Of a stretch of DNA of 64,000 nucleotides, positions 28,202 to 42,000 are shown piece after piece. How positions within the stretch are numbered: position 1 is the stretch's first letter; every line of letters starts with the position of its first letter. The notes beneath the pieces were generated by a model. It did not search any database, was not told where the DNA came from, and worked only from the letters and a program-made list of their open reading frames with translations. The translations under genes were made by a program, and so were the position numbers. This DNA is from Ramazzottius varieornatus (taxonomy: Eukaryota > Animalia > Tardigrada): contig BDGG01000002.1 in the NCBI GenBank assembly GCA_001949185.1, positions 5,880,448 to 5,944,447 on the forward strand, read 5' to 3'.

Positions 28202-29205
28202 CGAGCCACCGCTAAGAATAACTACTTTTGTGTTGAAAACGAGGGAACTTTTTCTTACCTTTCTACATCCAAGGATAGGCTTTTAAAGTTACCACACACG
28301 CAGTTTCCTTCAGTTTAGCACTTCATCTGTCTTTTTCTCTTTCTGTTTTCTTTTTCTGCCGGTCTTTTCTATATTAGTCAGCGATAGCAATGTACACCTA
28401 ACATCGTCGGTGCCCGTCGAGAATGTTCTCTACCTTTCGTGACCAGCGTTTTCACTAAACTTGTTCGTTGCTGTGATATGGACAACAAAGATGGACAGCA
28501 AAGGACAACGGAAGCTAACGGCCGACTACAATTTATTTTGTCGATAATCCTGCATAGTCTCCCTTCTCTAATTATTTAATAAATTCCTTAATAGTTTCTT
28601 CGGAAAAGACGGCTCGGTTCCTGTCTTGCCGAGAGAAACCCCGAACTTCCCATGGCAGCTTCTGGTGCTCGTTAGAAATTTGTTCTTCGGACCGGAGACG
28701 TGATTGTGTGATTGCTTTTCTTGCAAATCATATTCGAGTATAATCGATAACTGATCCACACAGTACGTATAAGAAGATCAGTAGCAGTGGGCTAACTTGC
28801 ACCGCACGAACGTGCTGTACGGAAAGCGCAGCGCGTAATTGGAAGCTGCTTCTGCCGAAAAGATTCTGCTTGTTGTACAGTGTGCAAGATATGAAACTGA
28901 AAATAATTCGATCAGTACTAAGTGAACCTGTGGAAGTGCAAGAGAGTGTGAGAAATAGACTTGTCAAAAAATTCTACGTCTAAATATAACAAACAATACA
29001 TCTACTCAAAAGAGCTCGCTTTGAGTAAAACAAGGAACTGGCTAAGCTTGAGAGTTTCGGAATTTGTGACAAACCGCCCTGCCAATACCAAGGCGAATAC
29101 CCGTGCCTGTGGTATGAAACAAGGAGGCTTTGTAGCGGCAACAGGGAATGAGGTTCTTCTTTCGCGGCGGACACCTCGTAGAACCGTCTTATCATGCGGT
29201 CACTT

Positions 29206-32200
29206 TCACATGGCGCCGTTTGGATGGGTTGGCAGAGATGTCCCCAGCAGAGCTTCTCTTTCCCGAACTTCCAAAGCCTCGGGTCGCTCCTTGATAGTCG
29301 AGCTCATAGCCGCTCGTAAACGCTAGAAAGACAAGAGTATGCTCTCGCTTTAGGTCTCATCTTCGACAAAATTAAACAACACATCAAACACTCTTCCGAA
29401 ACGCGGATAGTTCCAGTTACTTACCTCCCTCAGGGAACCCTTTTCCCTTATTATTCGGTAAAATGCATACAGTGGAATGATTATCATGGAAGACAGTGCG
29501 AGGAGCCATCCAGCTGCCTGTGCCCAATCTGGATAGACGTAGACACCCTCTGGTCGCTTGTAGGTGAGTCTTTCGCTTCTCGCGATTGCAAAGAGCATAA
29601 CAGACTGTAAAGAAATATGCGACTGCAAACTGATGTCCCCGCCCGGCACCACATAGTCAAGAACTCGGTACAGTACCATCGTGAATATGGGTCCGAGGTA
29701 CTTCCAGCACCACTTCATCCACGGGTTGATCCGGAATCCTAGCATCCGTCTTATGTCTTCGTAGAAACGGTCGGCTCCGTAGAACCAACCGATGCAGACG
29801 CATTCCCAGAAGGCACACCACAGGAGAGCCATCCCGCTGGCAGCATACGTGTCGAAGATCTCGAACACATACATTCCTCCCTGCAAGACAGAAGCTCGTA
29901 TCATCTCCGGGGAACAGTTCGCCGCTCGAAAACCGTTTGGTTTACTGTTAGCCGGAATATTCTTACCCGCGTGATCATAGTCAGCCCGATAAGATACCAA
30001 ATCACGCACATGATCAAGATGAAAATCTCCTTGCTGTATCGTCTTCGAAAAATTCGGGGATAAATATCGATTATCGCCGTGAAGAACCCTTCCATCGTAA
30101 CGAACTACAAGCAAAACCTATTCTAACGGAAACGGCCGAGAGTTCTTCAGAGTTTCTTTCAAGTACCTGACTGTCCACTCCAAGGAAGAGCAACATGACG
30201 AAGAAGAGGCTGGCCCATAAGGCTCCCAGAGGCATTTGCGTAGCTGCTTTGGGGTACGTGATGAAAGCTAGTCCGGGACCTGAAAGGGATGGAGCATTGA
30301 AGTCAGAACCTACGATGCATTCCCAATGACGAAGTACGCACCCTGCTCGGCGACGTCTTTCACCTCCACGCCCATTTCCCCAGCCATGAAACCGAGGACT
30401 GAGAATACCACGAACCCAGCGAAGAAGCTGGTCAAACTGTCGCATGCGCACAAAGCCAGAGAATGTTTATAGCAGTTATAGTCAAACTTGTTGTAGCTTC
30501 CGAGTGCTAAATGATTAAAAAAATATGACATTAATTAACTGTCAAATCACCACAATGTCGAAAAGTGCTTCTGTTTTACCTGTCAGCGACCCGAGCGCGA
30601 TCGCATAAGAGAAGAAGACCTGGGTGACGGCTCCGACCCACACACTGGGAGATGCCAGTTTTTCCAGGTCGGGTGTCAAATAGTAAGCGATTCCCATACC
30701 GGCGTTCTCCAGTGTAACTCCACGGAAGAACAAAATGATCAACATGACGTACGGGAAGAGTGCAGTAAAATACACCACCTATACGAAGCTACATTAGTTA
30801 CAAGAAAACTCATACTCATGATATTACCTTCCGACTTTTTCTGCCACTGCGGAAAGTTTATAATCACAGAACTTCAGCGATTGAAAACATACCTTTCCGG
30901 AAGACTTGACGCCCTTCCAAATACTGAAGTAGCATAATATCCAAACGAGAAGGAGCGTCACCGCCAGCTGCCACTGAACCGCGCCCACTTCGTCCACGCC
31001 TGAGGAGATCTTCAGAATTTTATTCCTGTCGAATAAGAAAAGACCGTTAGCTCTTCGTTTTCTGATAAACGATCTGAGACTTTAACAATAACAACAGATA
31101 CTTACTCCCAAAACTCTGTGATGGAGTCGATTTTCGGCAAAGAACTGTTAAGGTGTGCCGGTGAGGTTGCGTAACTAGCCATGCTGTTTGGGTTTCTTGT
31201 CGTGTCCGCAAATTCGGTATCAGATTGGGCGGTTGTGTTGAAATTTACCATGAGATTATCCGAACATCTTGGCGTATTCCTGAAATTTCATGAATGCTAA
31301 CGCAGCCAACCAGGATGTGTCAAATTCGGACTTTCTATTCCGTCCAACGTTTTCTTACCAGTCATTGTCGCACGTGCTCCATGGAAGATGTCCAGTGCTG
31401 GCGTAAGCCAAGATGTAATAAAGGTAGAGTATTCCCCAAGCCAATACGACAATGTAGTATACATTTAGCCATCCTGCCATCAATGTAGTCCCGTATCCGA
31501 TTCCTGTGTGATTAGCAGAATCATGCAAGCCGATAGTTACACTGAAACCTGTCATCTTCTCGCGATGACAAACTAGAGCTCAGAATGATTACCCGTACTA
31601 TCAGAAAGCCACCAAAGTGGCCTTGGTCTATTTTCGAACTTGATAAAGTCAGGAAACCCTACCATCAATAGAACGCAAGAACCTCACCTCGCATGATTGG
31701 ACTTATGTCCCAGCATGATATTCCTCCTGTCGCAAAATACTGTCCCACCGCGATTTCCAGAAACACAATAGGTACACCCGTCGTTATTAGACATAAGAAG
31801 TAAGGAATGAAGAAGGCACCTATTCAAGAAAAGGAAAGTCATAATCACAGACTTGGAATAGCGTCAGGTCGTTATCCAAGTGGCGCACGCCCTCAGTGAA
31901 GGCTAGTGGAAAAGTGCGCCACTTTGATAACGATTTAGATGGGGCAAAAATTATACAAATTTCGTATGCGTGCCTCCCACATTTTGCAAGATTTCGACAA
32001 CGATATTTCTAAAATGCTCAGTCTTACCTCCGCCATTTTTGTACACGACATATGGGAATCGCCAGACGTTGCCCAGACCAATGCAGCATCCAATGTGCGA
32101 CAGTATAAATTCGTATTTACTTCCCCACTGCGGTCGAGCTTTAGAATGTCCATCAGTCTGATCTGTCGTGGTCTTCTCAACCGGCAAAGTAGTCCCCGCT

Positions 32201-32310
32201 TCGTAGTCCCGGGCCGCGACGATTCCTTCGCCATTTCCATTCTTGTAAATGAGAAGGTCCACCTCATCTCTCGAGTTCGCCGCGTGATTTCCTCTTTTGG
32301 TCTTCGCCAT
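29206..32310 (-). CDS. SLC6 sodium:neurotransmitter symporter, GABA/taurine/creatine (GAT) subfamily, multi-exon
   Basis: [10 protein letters not shown]...[17 protein letters not shown]|AFFIPY; [12 protein letters not shown]; [10 protein letters not shown]; TQVFFSY; LGSYNKF; [10 protein letters not shown]; LGVDSQF; [16 protein letters not shown] (GAT-type TM10). First coding exon 32310-32028; last exon 29322-29206. Confidence 0.93.
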
Positions 32311-33394
32311 AATGGAAGCTCTCTGAAAAGCGTATTGGGCCTGTGAGGAATCAGGTAACAGGCTGCATCGTCCAGAAGAAGGGCCCGCTGTTACACCATT
32401 GACGGGGAACCCAGCATCACAGACGATGGATCTCCTCGCAGGTTCAGATAGCACTGCAAAAACAATCAATAAGCTAGCGGACTTTACAAATTACGACAAC
32501 AATGAGTAACGAAGGGTTCGTTTTGAAAAATCGAGCCCGCTAGTGCCGATACGGGAAACCGATCAGAACAAAATTGCACGCAATTCCACGCGATGCTTAT
32601 CGAAAGGTCAAAGTGACAACCTGCTGCATGCGAGTAACTAGAGCTTTTCCGCCCAATATTACAAAGCCGCGCGGGAACTCTTTCAGCTATACTCTTACCT
32701 AGTGGCGCAGTCCGGAAGTTCGTTTAGCAGAGTTCGCACGCTGCGACTGGAGAGGTGTTATTCCCCAGGGATGTAGGACTCAGTCAAGGGAAAACAAGCA
32801 GTTTGGACGGGGAAGAAAGGCAAATGAGAAGTAAGACAGCTGCAAGTAGTGCGAAGCAGGCACATGCAAGAGCTCAAGGGTCGAGCCCAGCTAATCTGTT
32901 GCAATATCACGCAAAGGCAAGCTCGGCCTTCTCAAGTGCTACTTTTACACGCTTGTCCGCACACTTGGACGAGCAAGCTACTTGCACAGAAAACTTGGTC
33001 TTTCCTTCGTTACTAAAGTAAAGACGTGAAGACCGCCTGTCATCATGCACTAGCACCCACTACAAAGACCCTTTGCGAACCACAACGACAATTGCAAAGA
33101 ATTTCTGGCATTTCACGCAGCGAGCGACTCGCTTGGCTTCCAACAAGTACTGTTGTCACAAAAAGTTGCTGACAATCCTTCTTAGCAGCCACTGTGGGCA
33201 GATAGTATGACAGTGCTGTGCAAACAGCTGTCTGTTTGGCCTTTTGTTTCCTGTTTGCACACATTTCATATCGCTGCAAATCAACCTATGCTGTTTACAC
33301 CAAGCTGCCAAAAAAGTTCGTCACCGCACACAGTCGTAAAACCAATAAAGACCCTTACCGTAGAACCACCAGTTTCCACGCACCCAGAATACTA

Positions 33395-34281
33395 CAGGTT
33401 GAGTCACAATGCTTCGACCAATTTTGAGCTTTTGCAGAAAAATCAGTATTCACCCTTCTGCCTCCAAAATTCTTCTTTAGGTAGTCTAAACATCTAAGAT
33501 CATCCTTACAGAATTTGGTGATGCTTGTGCGCATCTGAAAAATCATGCAAAAACAAACATCGACAGGCCGGGAAAAACCTCTCGACTCAACGTGACGATC
33601 AAGAACGTAACTCTGCCTGGGCCAATCTTTCCATTCTACCGTTCATTCGATAGAACATTCTTTGGGCTATTGATTCCATGTATAGACTTTAAAAACATCG
33701 TCTTCGGTTTGGCCAAAAAAATTAGACTTTAATGGTCACTTTTCGGCCAGGTATTCCTGAATTATACAAGAGTTTTACGGCTGCCGTGTTAAAGCATTGC
33801 GCTCTTTCATGTGATTTCCGGCTGATACGTTGTCACCTATACTTGTAATAAAACTATTGTTCGATATCTTTAGTTCACTCAAAAGTGAAAAACTGAAGAA
33901 AACCGGAATTTTTTCCACTGCAGTCACCCAGTTGACTACTCTAGAGGAGACCTCGGAGACAAATCTTAAAACTTCTAAATTTGGTCTGGCGACTTGAACC
34001 TTTTTGGACAGATTAGCGTTGGCGAAAAGTTTTGGAAACCTTTGTTTAGCAGCAAACAAATTCCAAGTATACCGAGTTTATGGTCCAAAAAGGTACCCTG
34101 ATTTCGGGGTCGCTGAAGCCTTTCTCTGCAAGTTTTTTGGGAAGGGTACAAACGCAATGAAACTTTCAGAGATCATTTGCAAACGTTAGAGCTACTCTGT
34201 GGCGAAATTTGAAAGCACATGAGTCAACGCTGAGTTTTCTACAACAGTTCGAAATCGGTCGAAGCATTGTGACTCATCCTG
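33395..34281. mobile_element. Non-autonomous Tc1/mariner-type element (MITE), 887 bp
   Basis: TIRs caggttgagtcacaatgcttcgacc / ggtcgaagcattgtgactcatcctg (one mismatch in 25), with weaker inverted similarity continuing inward. TA on both flanks (33393-33394, 34282-34283). AT-rich interior without a transposase ORF. Confidence 0.88.
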
Positions 34282-35123
34282 TACAAGGAACGAACGTCAC
34301 CGAGAACTTCCTGGTCGACGGCAAGGCATGGTTTGCCGCCGACCAAGACTTAGTTTAATATCTCAGCTTATCGGGGCTACTGTTTCAAAGGCGTTGAGAA
34401 TCAACAGCTTTCAAAGCTTCGCCCACGGCTGTTTTCCAAGACATCTTGACCGCTAGCGTTAGAAGGTGGCGGAAATTGGGAGTAAACTAATTTTCTTTCA
34501 TAAGGACGGGAAGAAAGACATGTTCGATGCGGCTTTTGTGCTTTAATTACCTCAAGAGCCAATAGCTATCTTCCTGGAGGGTATTTGCAGCCGTTGGGAC
34601 CAAGTACCCCCCAGTAAATGTACACGCAACCGACAGGTTTCTCGATCGCGCTATGGGCACACGTCAGGAACAAAGTTACAAAATGAGCTTTCTGATTTCA
34701 GGAACCCTTTGGCCGAATACTCAGAGGAAACCCGAACAAATCAGCCAACGTGGTAGGCATTGGTACGTCTTCGCATTGCTTGCTTACCTTTTAATTCCAA
34801 GAGAATACCATCGAAGTAGCACGCGACACCGCCTTTCGAGTCGATGATACCAGGAACAGCAATTCATTCTCGAGCGATACCTTGGGGAGCCTTCCATGTG
34901 TAATTAGCGATTCAAAGAACGAACGTATCATGAGACCCCGCTGTCTCGCCGAGAGTGAGTCCTCTTTTGCCGCCCATCCTTATCTACACTACAAACGAAA
35001 TACTCCGTGAACACTCTGGTGTAATTTTTGTCGGGGCTCACAATTATTAATTTGTCACCGACAAGCAGATCCTTCCACATGTTACGCTAAGAACCACCAT
35101 TAGTAAGGTGATTTCCCCATGGT

Positions 35124-36687
35124 TCAGGCTTCTTTTTCCTTTATCTTCGCTTTGGGAAGTCTCATCTCCGTATACATCACCGTTCCTCCAAAAACTAGGA
35201 TGGTGCCAACCCAGTGGAAAAATGTAAAAGTGTTTTGAAATAAAAATACCGAGAGTAATAAGCTGACGAACTTCCTCAACGTCACCACAAGCGTAACGGT
35301 TAACGAGCTGGACGCCGCGATCAGGGAAAACACTGAGCTGGTACAGCCGTACATTGTGACCACGTTAGCCATGAGGAGCAGCCACATGACCGGTATAGTA
35401 TCATCAACGAATTCCAAATTGATCTTTACCGGATCGGATGAACTGTATATCTTCATGTGGTGTCTCAGATCGTTCGCCAAAAAGAGAAAACCAGGAAGAG
35501 GAAGGGCATGGCTATAGAAGATACCTTCATCGATTGCCTGTTGTCCGAATGTCTTGAACAAGACTTCCTGGTAGATGCCCATACCGGACGCGACTACCAC
35601 GGAGAAGAGAACGAGTCCAACTCCTGTGAAATTGGTAGGCGGGCCATGAGGAGCAGCCACCGAAAATAAGTAGTTTGTGGCTGGATTCTATAGACTCACC
35701 TGTCAACCAAGTTCCAACGGCACTGACAGGCTTTCCGCCCATTTCGTCATCTTGCTCATGCGTTTTCTCGATACCCTTCAGCGAAAACTTCGATTAACAT
35801 TCTAAGCGAACCTTCATAGTACTAAGGGAGCTCAAATGTGCGCACCTTGAAGGTTTTACTCTCAGCCGAAGCCAGAGTGCAGATGGCGATTCCTGCAGAA
35901 CAAAGGTGATTTTCCCACAAGGCTGAAGAAACAGAGACCACTTGGACGAAAACCTGCGGTTATGGCCAGAACGGCTATCCATTTCGAAACCGGATATCTG
36001 CGGACAAGAGCATCTCAACAACAAGAGCCCGTCGACGCACCAGAAAGGCTTCGATGTTGCAGCTTGAAGAAACTTACCTTTTATGCAAGGAAACGGCGGA
36101 AAGTAGCATGCTTACTACGGGGGTGCTCTGAAACGAACTTCAGGATAACCCAAGGACGAGCAGCACGCGGAAGGTACGTCAGGAAATGCACATCTGGACA
36201 CCAGATCTTACCGATTTCAAGATCATATGCAAAGGTACTCCGATGTCATACGACAGCGCGTTGTTGTTCGCGACGCTTTGCACGAAGAATACGACCGTGT
36301 AGACGAGCCAGCATCTGCAAAGCATAACAGAAGCTAGAAGAGCAATTTCATGGTCTTAACGGTTCCTCGCTTGCTTTTTCTTTAGCGAAGGGGCCTACAA
36401 AGTTACCGAACCTCGGGTGCCTAGTCGTGCCGTACCTGAGCGGGACAACTGACTTTCTCCGCCCGAACTGCATCACGGTGCAGAAGGACATGGCTGCATT
36501 GAACAGAAACTGGGAAAATGTTATCAAGTTGGTCGACCCGGAATCCAGTCTGGAACGAGAATCAGCTGCAATACCATCAAAGTCGGTTTCGCATTCGCTT
36601 TGTGGCTTACTTTATCTGCTGCTCCAGGATGACGACGTTGGCAGAGCACGACACGAAGACTGCTGCGATGGGCATAGCGACACTCAT
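35124..36687 (-). CDS. SLC35B4: Nucleotide-sugar (UDP-xylose/UDP-GlcNAc) transporter
   Basis: VFVSCSANVVILE...NLITFSQFLF...NNNALSYDIGVPLHMILKS...MGIYQEVLF...FYSHALPLPGFL...SSLTVTLVVTLRKFVSLLLS..LFQNTFT..HWVGT.LVFGGT; C-terminal di-lysine-like KIKEKEA. Confidence 0.93.
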
Positions 36688-37559
36688 CTTCGCGCAGCAC
36701 GACCACCGACTTCCGAACGCAGTTCGGTGATACTCAAATGCTTTCCGCGCTGGGAAATCAGATCAGCGAGTCATCTACACGTGGCAGAGGCCCGAACACA
36801 TCCGTGATTGACCTCCGGGTCGGGAGTCGGGACCATGCAACACAACATCCGGCGGAAGTTCGTAGCTCCTATTACGGATAGCCAGCAGCACCTTAGCAGA
36901 CACTAGACAAAGTCTCGGGATTACGGTGTTCTTGGACGATACTTCTGAAGGTCCAGAGTGCTGAAGCAGGTACAACAATACACCCCGACGTAAAGGTTTA
37001 AAATTTGACCGGAATCCATTCAATCCAGGAGTAGGAAGATTCTGACAACAACGACAAGTTACAACCAGCGATGGACAGGCAGCGTTGGACGGGTGATTTT
37101 CGCAGTGAAATTCCAGCCTAATATCGAATTTTACGCAGCTGTAACATACGACCTGCCTAGATTTGGATGTAATGAAGAATTTGTCATCAGTGCGCAGACT
37201 CAGCCTTTCTCAGCTGCTGGATAAGTGCTCGAACGACGCTTTGAGCGGTTTTTGAAGACGAAAAAGATTTTGATTGACTGACTTGCGTTCCTGAATTAGG
37301 ATGTTGCGAAGCCGTTTTGTGTTTCGGTAATTCCGATTAATTCGCTGCGAAAATAACCCGTCCAATGCTGTTCAAATCCTATTTCCAAATTCCAATCTTC
37401 GATCTTCATCCCGTAAAGTTCGCATTGTCGAACTTCCATCAGTTCGTCAGTATCCGTCTTTTTTCACGTTGGGCGCCTGAAGGATGCTGCTGTTCTAACG
37501 TCGCGCAGGTGACGAGCAGAAGATACGAGGCGGAGCGGTTTCGTCCCTGTAGGTTGAAG

Positions 37560-38663
37560 ATGTTGAGCGTCGCCGGCAGATGTTGGTCAGCGGGGCTGTC
37601 GAAGACATCTACTGGGATTACTTCTCTCGGCCAACTTCAATGCGCTATGGTTCAGTACTGCCCCATCGCATCGGCAACCCACAATATGCCTGCGCTTGTA
37701 GTGATCCCATCGCGTCACATGGCCAAAACCGTCAGAACGAAGAATCCCCGTTCTCCGCATCTTATGAAAGCCAAGCTGTTGAAAGCGATGGAACCGATAT
37801 ATGCACCGGATTTACGGACACCTGCAGAGAGATGCTCGCATAAACCTGTTCCGGCATCGGTAAGGCATGTGCTAAAATAAATTTCCTATATATATGAGAG
37901 GATGCTGCGGAAGATGTATTGCCAGAACATGTTCGACTGGAGAACCCTTTGAACTGCGACTGTTACATCTGTCAATTAACATCGTTCTATCCTTTATAGG
38001 TGTATAAACTACCACCACATCCTTTGGAAATACTGCTTGCTCGAGAAACCTTAAAGGTAATAGCAGCTAGCAAGATGGTTGTCATTTGCCATCGGAACAA
38101 TATGGGACTGGAGACGCTCAAGGGCTATCGGAATGCCGTGTGGAAGCTGAATATGCGCTTGTGGCCACAGTTCAATAACAAGATACTTCGGTTAGCATTC
38201 GAAGGAACCAAGTATGCAACGCTGTCAGCGTTATTAGAGGTAAGAAGCCTTCCATGCAATCTTTGTCTTGCCGAATGTCATCAAGTGTTCGTTTTGCCAA
38301 CTCCAGTCAACGACAATGATGGTAACGTCTCCCGAGCTCAGCTTCACCAACGTTGTTACCGGACTGAAAAGGATCCCCACGATTACTCCACTGGCCGTGG
38401 TGGTCAACGGAGAATACATAATTTCAGTTCCCCAGCTGGAGAACTTTGCGAAGAGGTACAAAAGTGGGATAGTGGACGCTCACGGTGAACTGGTCGCTTC
38501 CTTGTCCACACATAGTCAAACTCTTTTACAAGCTTTAATGCATCAAGGAGTGACATTGTCGTCGTGTTTGTCTTTCATGTCCAAGTCCAGTACGGTTGAG
38601 CCTCCTCTTTCTAACCCTGTGCAAGCTCCTGCTTCCAATGAGCCAACGGCAGAGAAAGCGTAA
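37560..38663 (+). CDS. MRPL10: Mitochondrial ribosomal protein uL10m; exons 37560-37859, 38000-38239, 38307-38663
   Basis: Presequence-like N-terminus, then an L10 domain (SKMVVICHRN...FNNKILRLAFEGTKYATLSALL...LVASL). Introns are GT-AG and phase-consistent. Confidence 0.85.
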
Positions 38664-39096
38664 GCATTCTTCCGTATGCCATGGCTGATATGAACGATAT
38701 CGCGGGAAATATCTACATTAGGATACACGTCTATTATTAATTTGACAAATATTCCAACCCGGAACAGTCGTACGATGCTACCAAGGCACTGAAGTTTTTG
38801 AGATCTAGTTCGAAACAGCAATTCGGTAGAAACCAAGCAGAACATTGGCCGAACAAGGCAAAACTGAAACTGAACAAGAAACATGCAGGTTAAAACAAGC
38901 AACCGAGCCGCAGTACTCTTCGGGAAGTTACGGGTAAATCCAGCTTCTAATGGCTGGGAAAACTGAGCAGAAAAGTATGAAGCGCATAGTCATCACTGTA
39001 GGCAGGATAGCTAACGTCGAAGCGGAGCAATTCTTTTGAAGACGCTTCCAGGGAATGTTCTTACCGGCATATGGACGGTTTTTCGTGGCCCACACC

Positions 39097-42000
39097 TCAT
39101 AACAGCATACTCTGGCGACGTGGCTTCCCGTTCGTCGTCGAAGCTGTAATACATAGTTGTTAGAAGGTCTGGCAAGAGTCTAGAGCGGAAGTCGCCACCA
39201 GGTATTTCAAAAACGGACAAGAGTCACTTGGGGTTCGGCAAACAAGTTCTACAAGATTCATCAAGAACACATCCCCAAATGGCGCACGTTGCCAGTGTTG
39301 TCGGCTGACATCGTGCGTAACTGAAGAAACCATCCCGCCGAGTTAAGTTCTCTGAGTCCCACTTGACAATCTGATTCCAAACTTTGTTACCTGTCAAAGA
39401 GAAGTGAGGAAGGTGTTCTTTCTCCAGTACTATCGATGGAACCGAGAATATGGACTCGTCTGGAGGAGCAAATTAATGTAAGAACGTGACAGTGTCTGGC
39501 CGAAGAGAACGATGATAAGCAATGTAAGTAATGCGTACTGTCATCCAGTCGATGGACGGCGACGCCTAATGAACGGAAATAGCCATGACGCATTGCATCC
39601 CCCGCTGTAACTCGCTGCCTAACGTTGTACTGCAACAGAAAAATGCTCGTCGATTAGTGTCTGACAGTTCTCGGACGACGAACCCAGCTATAGTCGCCCA
39701 GCGGATTATGTCAGCAGCACTTACACAGAGGAATCTAGTGAGCAATTCCAGGCCATCCACATTTAGGCGAGACGCTTGGTTGATAAGCGGTTGGGGCTCG
39801 AACACCGGAAGACGTAAGGCCTTGAAGTCCTCATTTTCAAGTATGTCAGGCCACTCAAACTCTGTGGGAGTTCCCAGCATCTTGAAGATCAGCATCAACT
39901 CGTCCTCGACCGTGGAGCCGGGAAACATCGGTCTTCCAGTTGCCATCTCTGTTGAAACACATCTCGTCAAACATCAAATCCCATTTTGTGTTACCGAACC
40001 CGTTGTTTCTGTCGGGTTTCACCCAGGAGCACTCGAATGACACGTGGATGCATCGGAAAGGACCGCAAAAAGAAATACGCTCATTTGCAAGCACCTGCAT
40101 ACCAGTACAACGTATGAAGTGTACGTCTTCATTTTATGCAGGAGCGTGACGAATGAGCTGTTTTTCGATTGTTCTGCAGACGTTCTCGGTGATTCACCGA
40201 GCAAAAGAGGAAGATTTGGATGATTCACTTACCGAAAAATATGCAGCCCACGCCTGAAAAAACAGAAATCGGAAAAGGTCAGGCATGAATAAAATAAAGG
40301 AAGGACAATTTTCTGGATGAGAGGAACCCACCCCACATATCGATGTGTGTCGTATAGTCGGTTGCACCCAGCAGAATATCCGGCGGTCGATACCTAACGA
40401 GGCGAGGGTAATACGTTGAAGCTCCATATGAATTTGTCACATCGAATAAACTTGCTTCATGGCAATGGGCGCAGCAGGAAGTAGGGGAGATTACTTACCA
40501 AAGAGTGACAACTTCATTAGAAAAAGTCTTTGTCGGCACAGATTTAGCTCTGGCTAATCCAAAGTCTGCCAGCTTTAGTTCGCCTCGATCGCTGATGAGG
40601 AGATTCTGAGGCTTCAGATCACGGTGCAACACCCGCCGTTTATGACAGTAGTTTAGCCCACGAAGGAGTTGAAACAAAAACAGCTGCAACGAAAAACCAT
40701 GTTCTTGTTTTTTTAATTCCGATTTTAGACGAGAACTACAATCAAAATAGGCAAAAGACATAGCGCTGTACCCGAACATTCTTGACATTCAGGCAGTTGT
40801 TGTATCGTTCCATGTAGGACTTGAGATCGCTCTCTACGTACTCAAACACGAGCACCAACGATATTTCGGTATGGATAATGTCGTGCAAAGTCACGATATT
40901 TGCGTGCCGTAAGTCACGTAGGAGTGACACTGCAAACAGAAAATAGGTTAATAATCAGTTGACGATCCTCGATAGAAAAAAAGCTTTTCATCCACTTTGC
41001 GAAGTTTTCAAATTTCATCGAATTTAGTTCTGTTATTCACAATCCCGTGATCCATTACTCATATTAATGATGGGAAAAATCAAAATTACAGGATTTTCAA
41101 CCACATGATTTTTTCATTCAAAAACAATTCGCTGAATGGTGTTCCGAGAGGGAACCGCTGCCAGGTCTGTTTTTTTCTTTTCTTTCATTTGTCACTTTTG
41201 GGAAATCATTTTAACATTAGAGTCTGTGGTTGATTGCTGCCTAATCCTAGCAATGTAGCAAAATTTTCGACTTAGGACACCTACATTTCCGTTTTCAATT
41301 TGAGTGTTCCGGTTGATCGCAAAAATTGTTTTCCTGCAAGCCATTGTGAATGTTTTACGCATTCTTCCGTACCGAATGGTCTCCATCGTTATTTAGCGGG
41401 TAGGACCCGCTAGAAACTGTATCTTCGGTTCTTTCATACCGGAAAAATGAAAGATGACCGAACCGGCAGTCTTCCAATACTCATGGAAATATGACGAGCT
41501 TTACGTGCTGGACATGAAACTCACAAAATATACGTGCTAATGAAGGAGTATTTTTGGCGCCACGCTATAGTAAGGATTTGATCAGACTTTTCCAGCAAGT
41601 ACTGTAAACAAGGCTCCCTTTCGAGGACATTAGTTTGAACAACGGAGAAACCAAGCCAGAGATATTTCATGACATTATCAGACTACTGAGCCTTTCATCA
41701 TTCGCTATTGTGCTAAAGCGATGCCAAACAAAAAAACCCAACCGGAAGTTTCCGAGTTGACAAGCTCGAATTTAGACACGTAGCATTGAAATTACCTTCA
41801 CGGATAGCAGTGCAGGGCGCACCCTCATCATGCTCCAGACGGATTTCCTTCAGGGCAACGAGCCCTTCCGTCAGTCGGCTCTTTCCTTTATAAACGGTGG
41901 CGTAGGTTCCCTCGCCTAGCTTCTCCAACTTGACGTAGGTCTCCAGTTTGCCTATTGATTATGTCAAATGAGGCACATCTTACATTCGCTTCACTGATAT

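Noticed and set aside
39159-39320. Alternative last exon for the PCTAIRE kinase
   Set aside because: The acceptor at 39144 yields the conserved RRQSML end. This one gives unconserved sequence, though minor use cannot be excluded.
41395-41413. Hairpin tagcgggt-agg-acccgcta as a Helitron 3' end
   Set aside because: No CTRR terminus at the expected distance and no second copy in the window.
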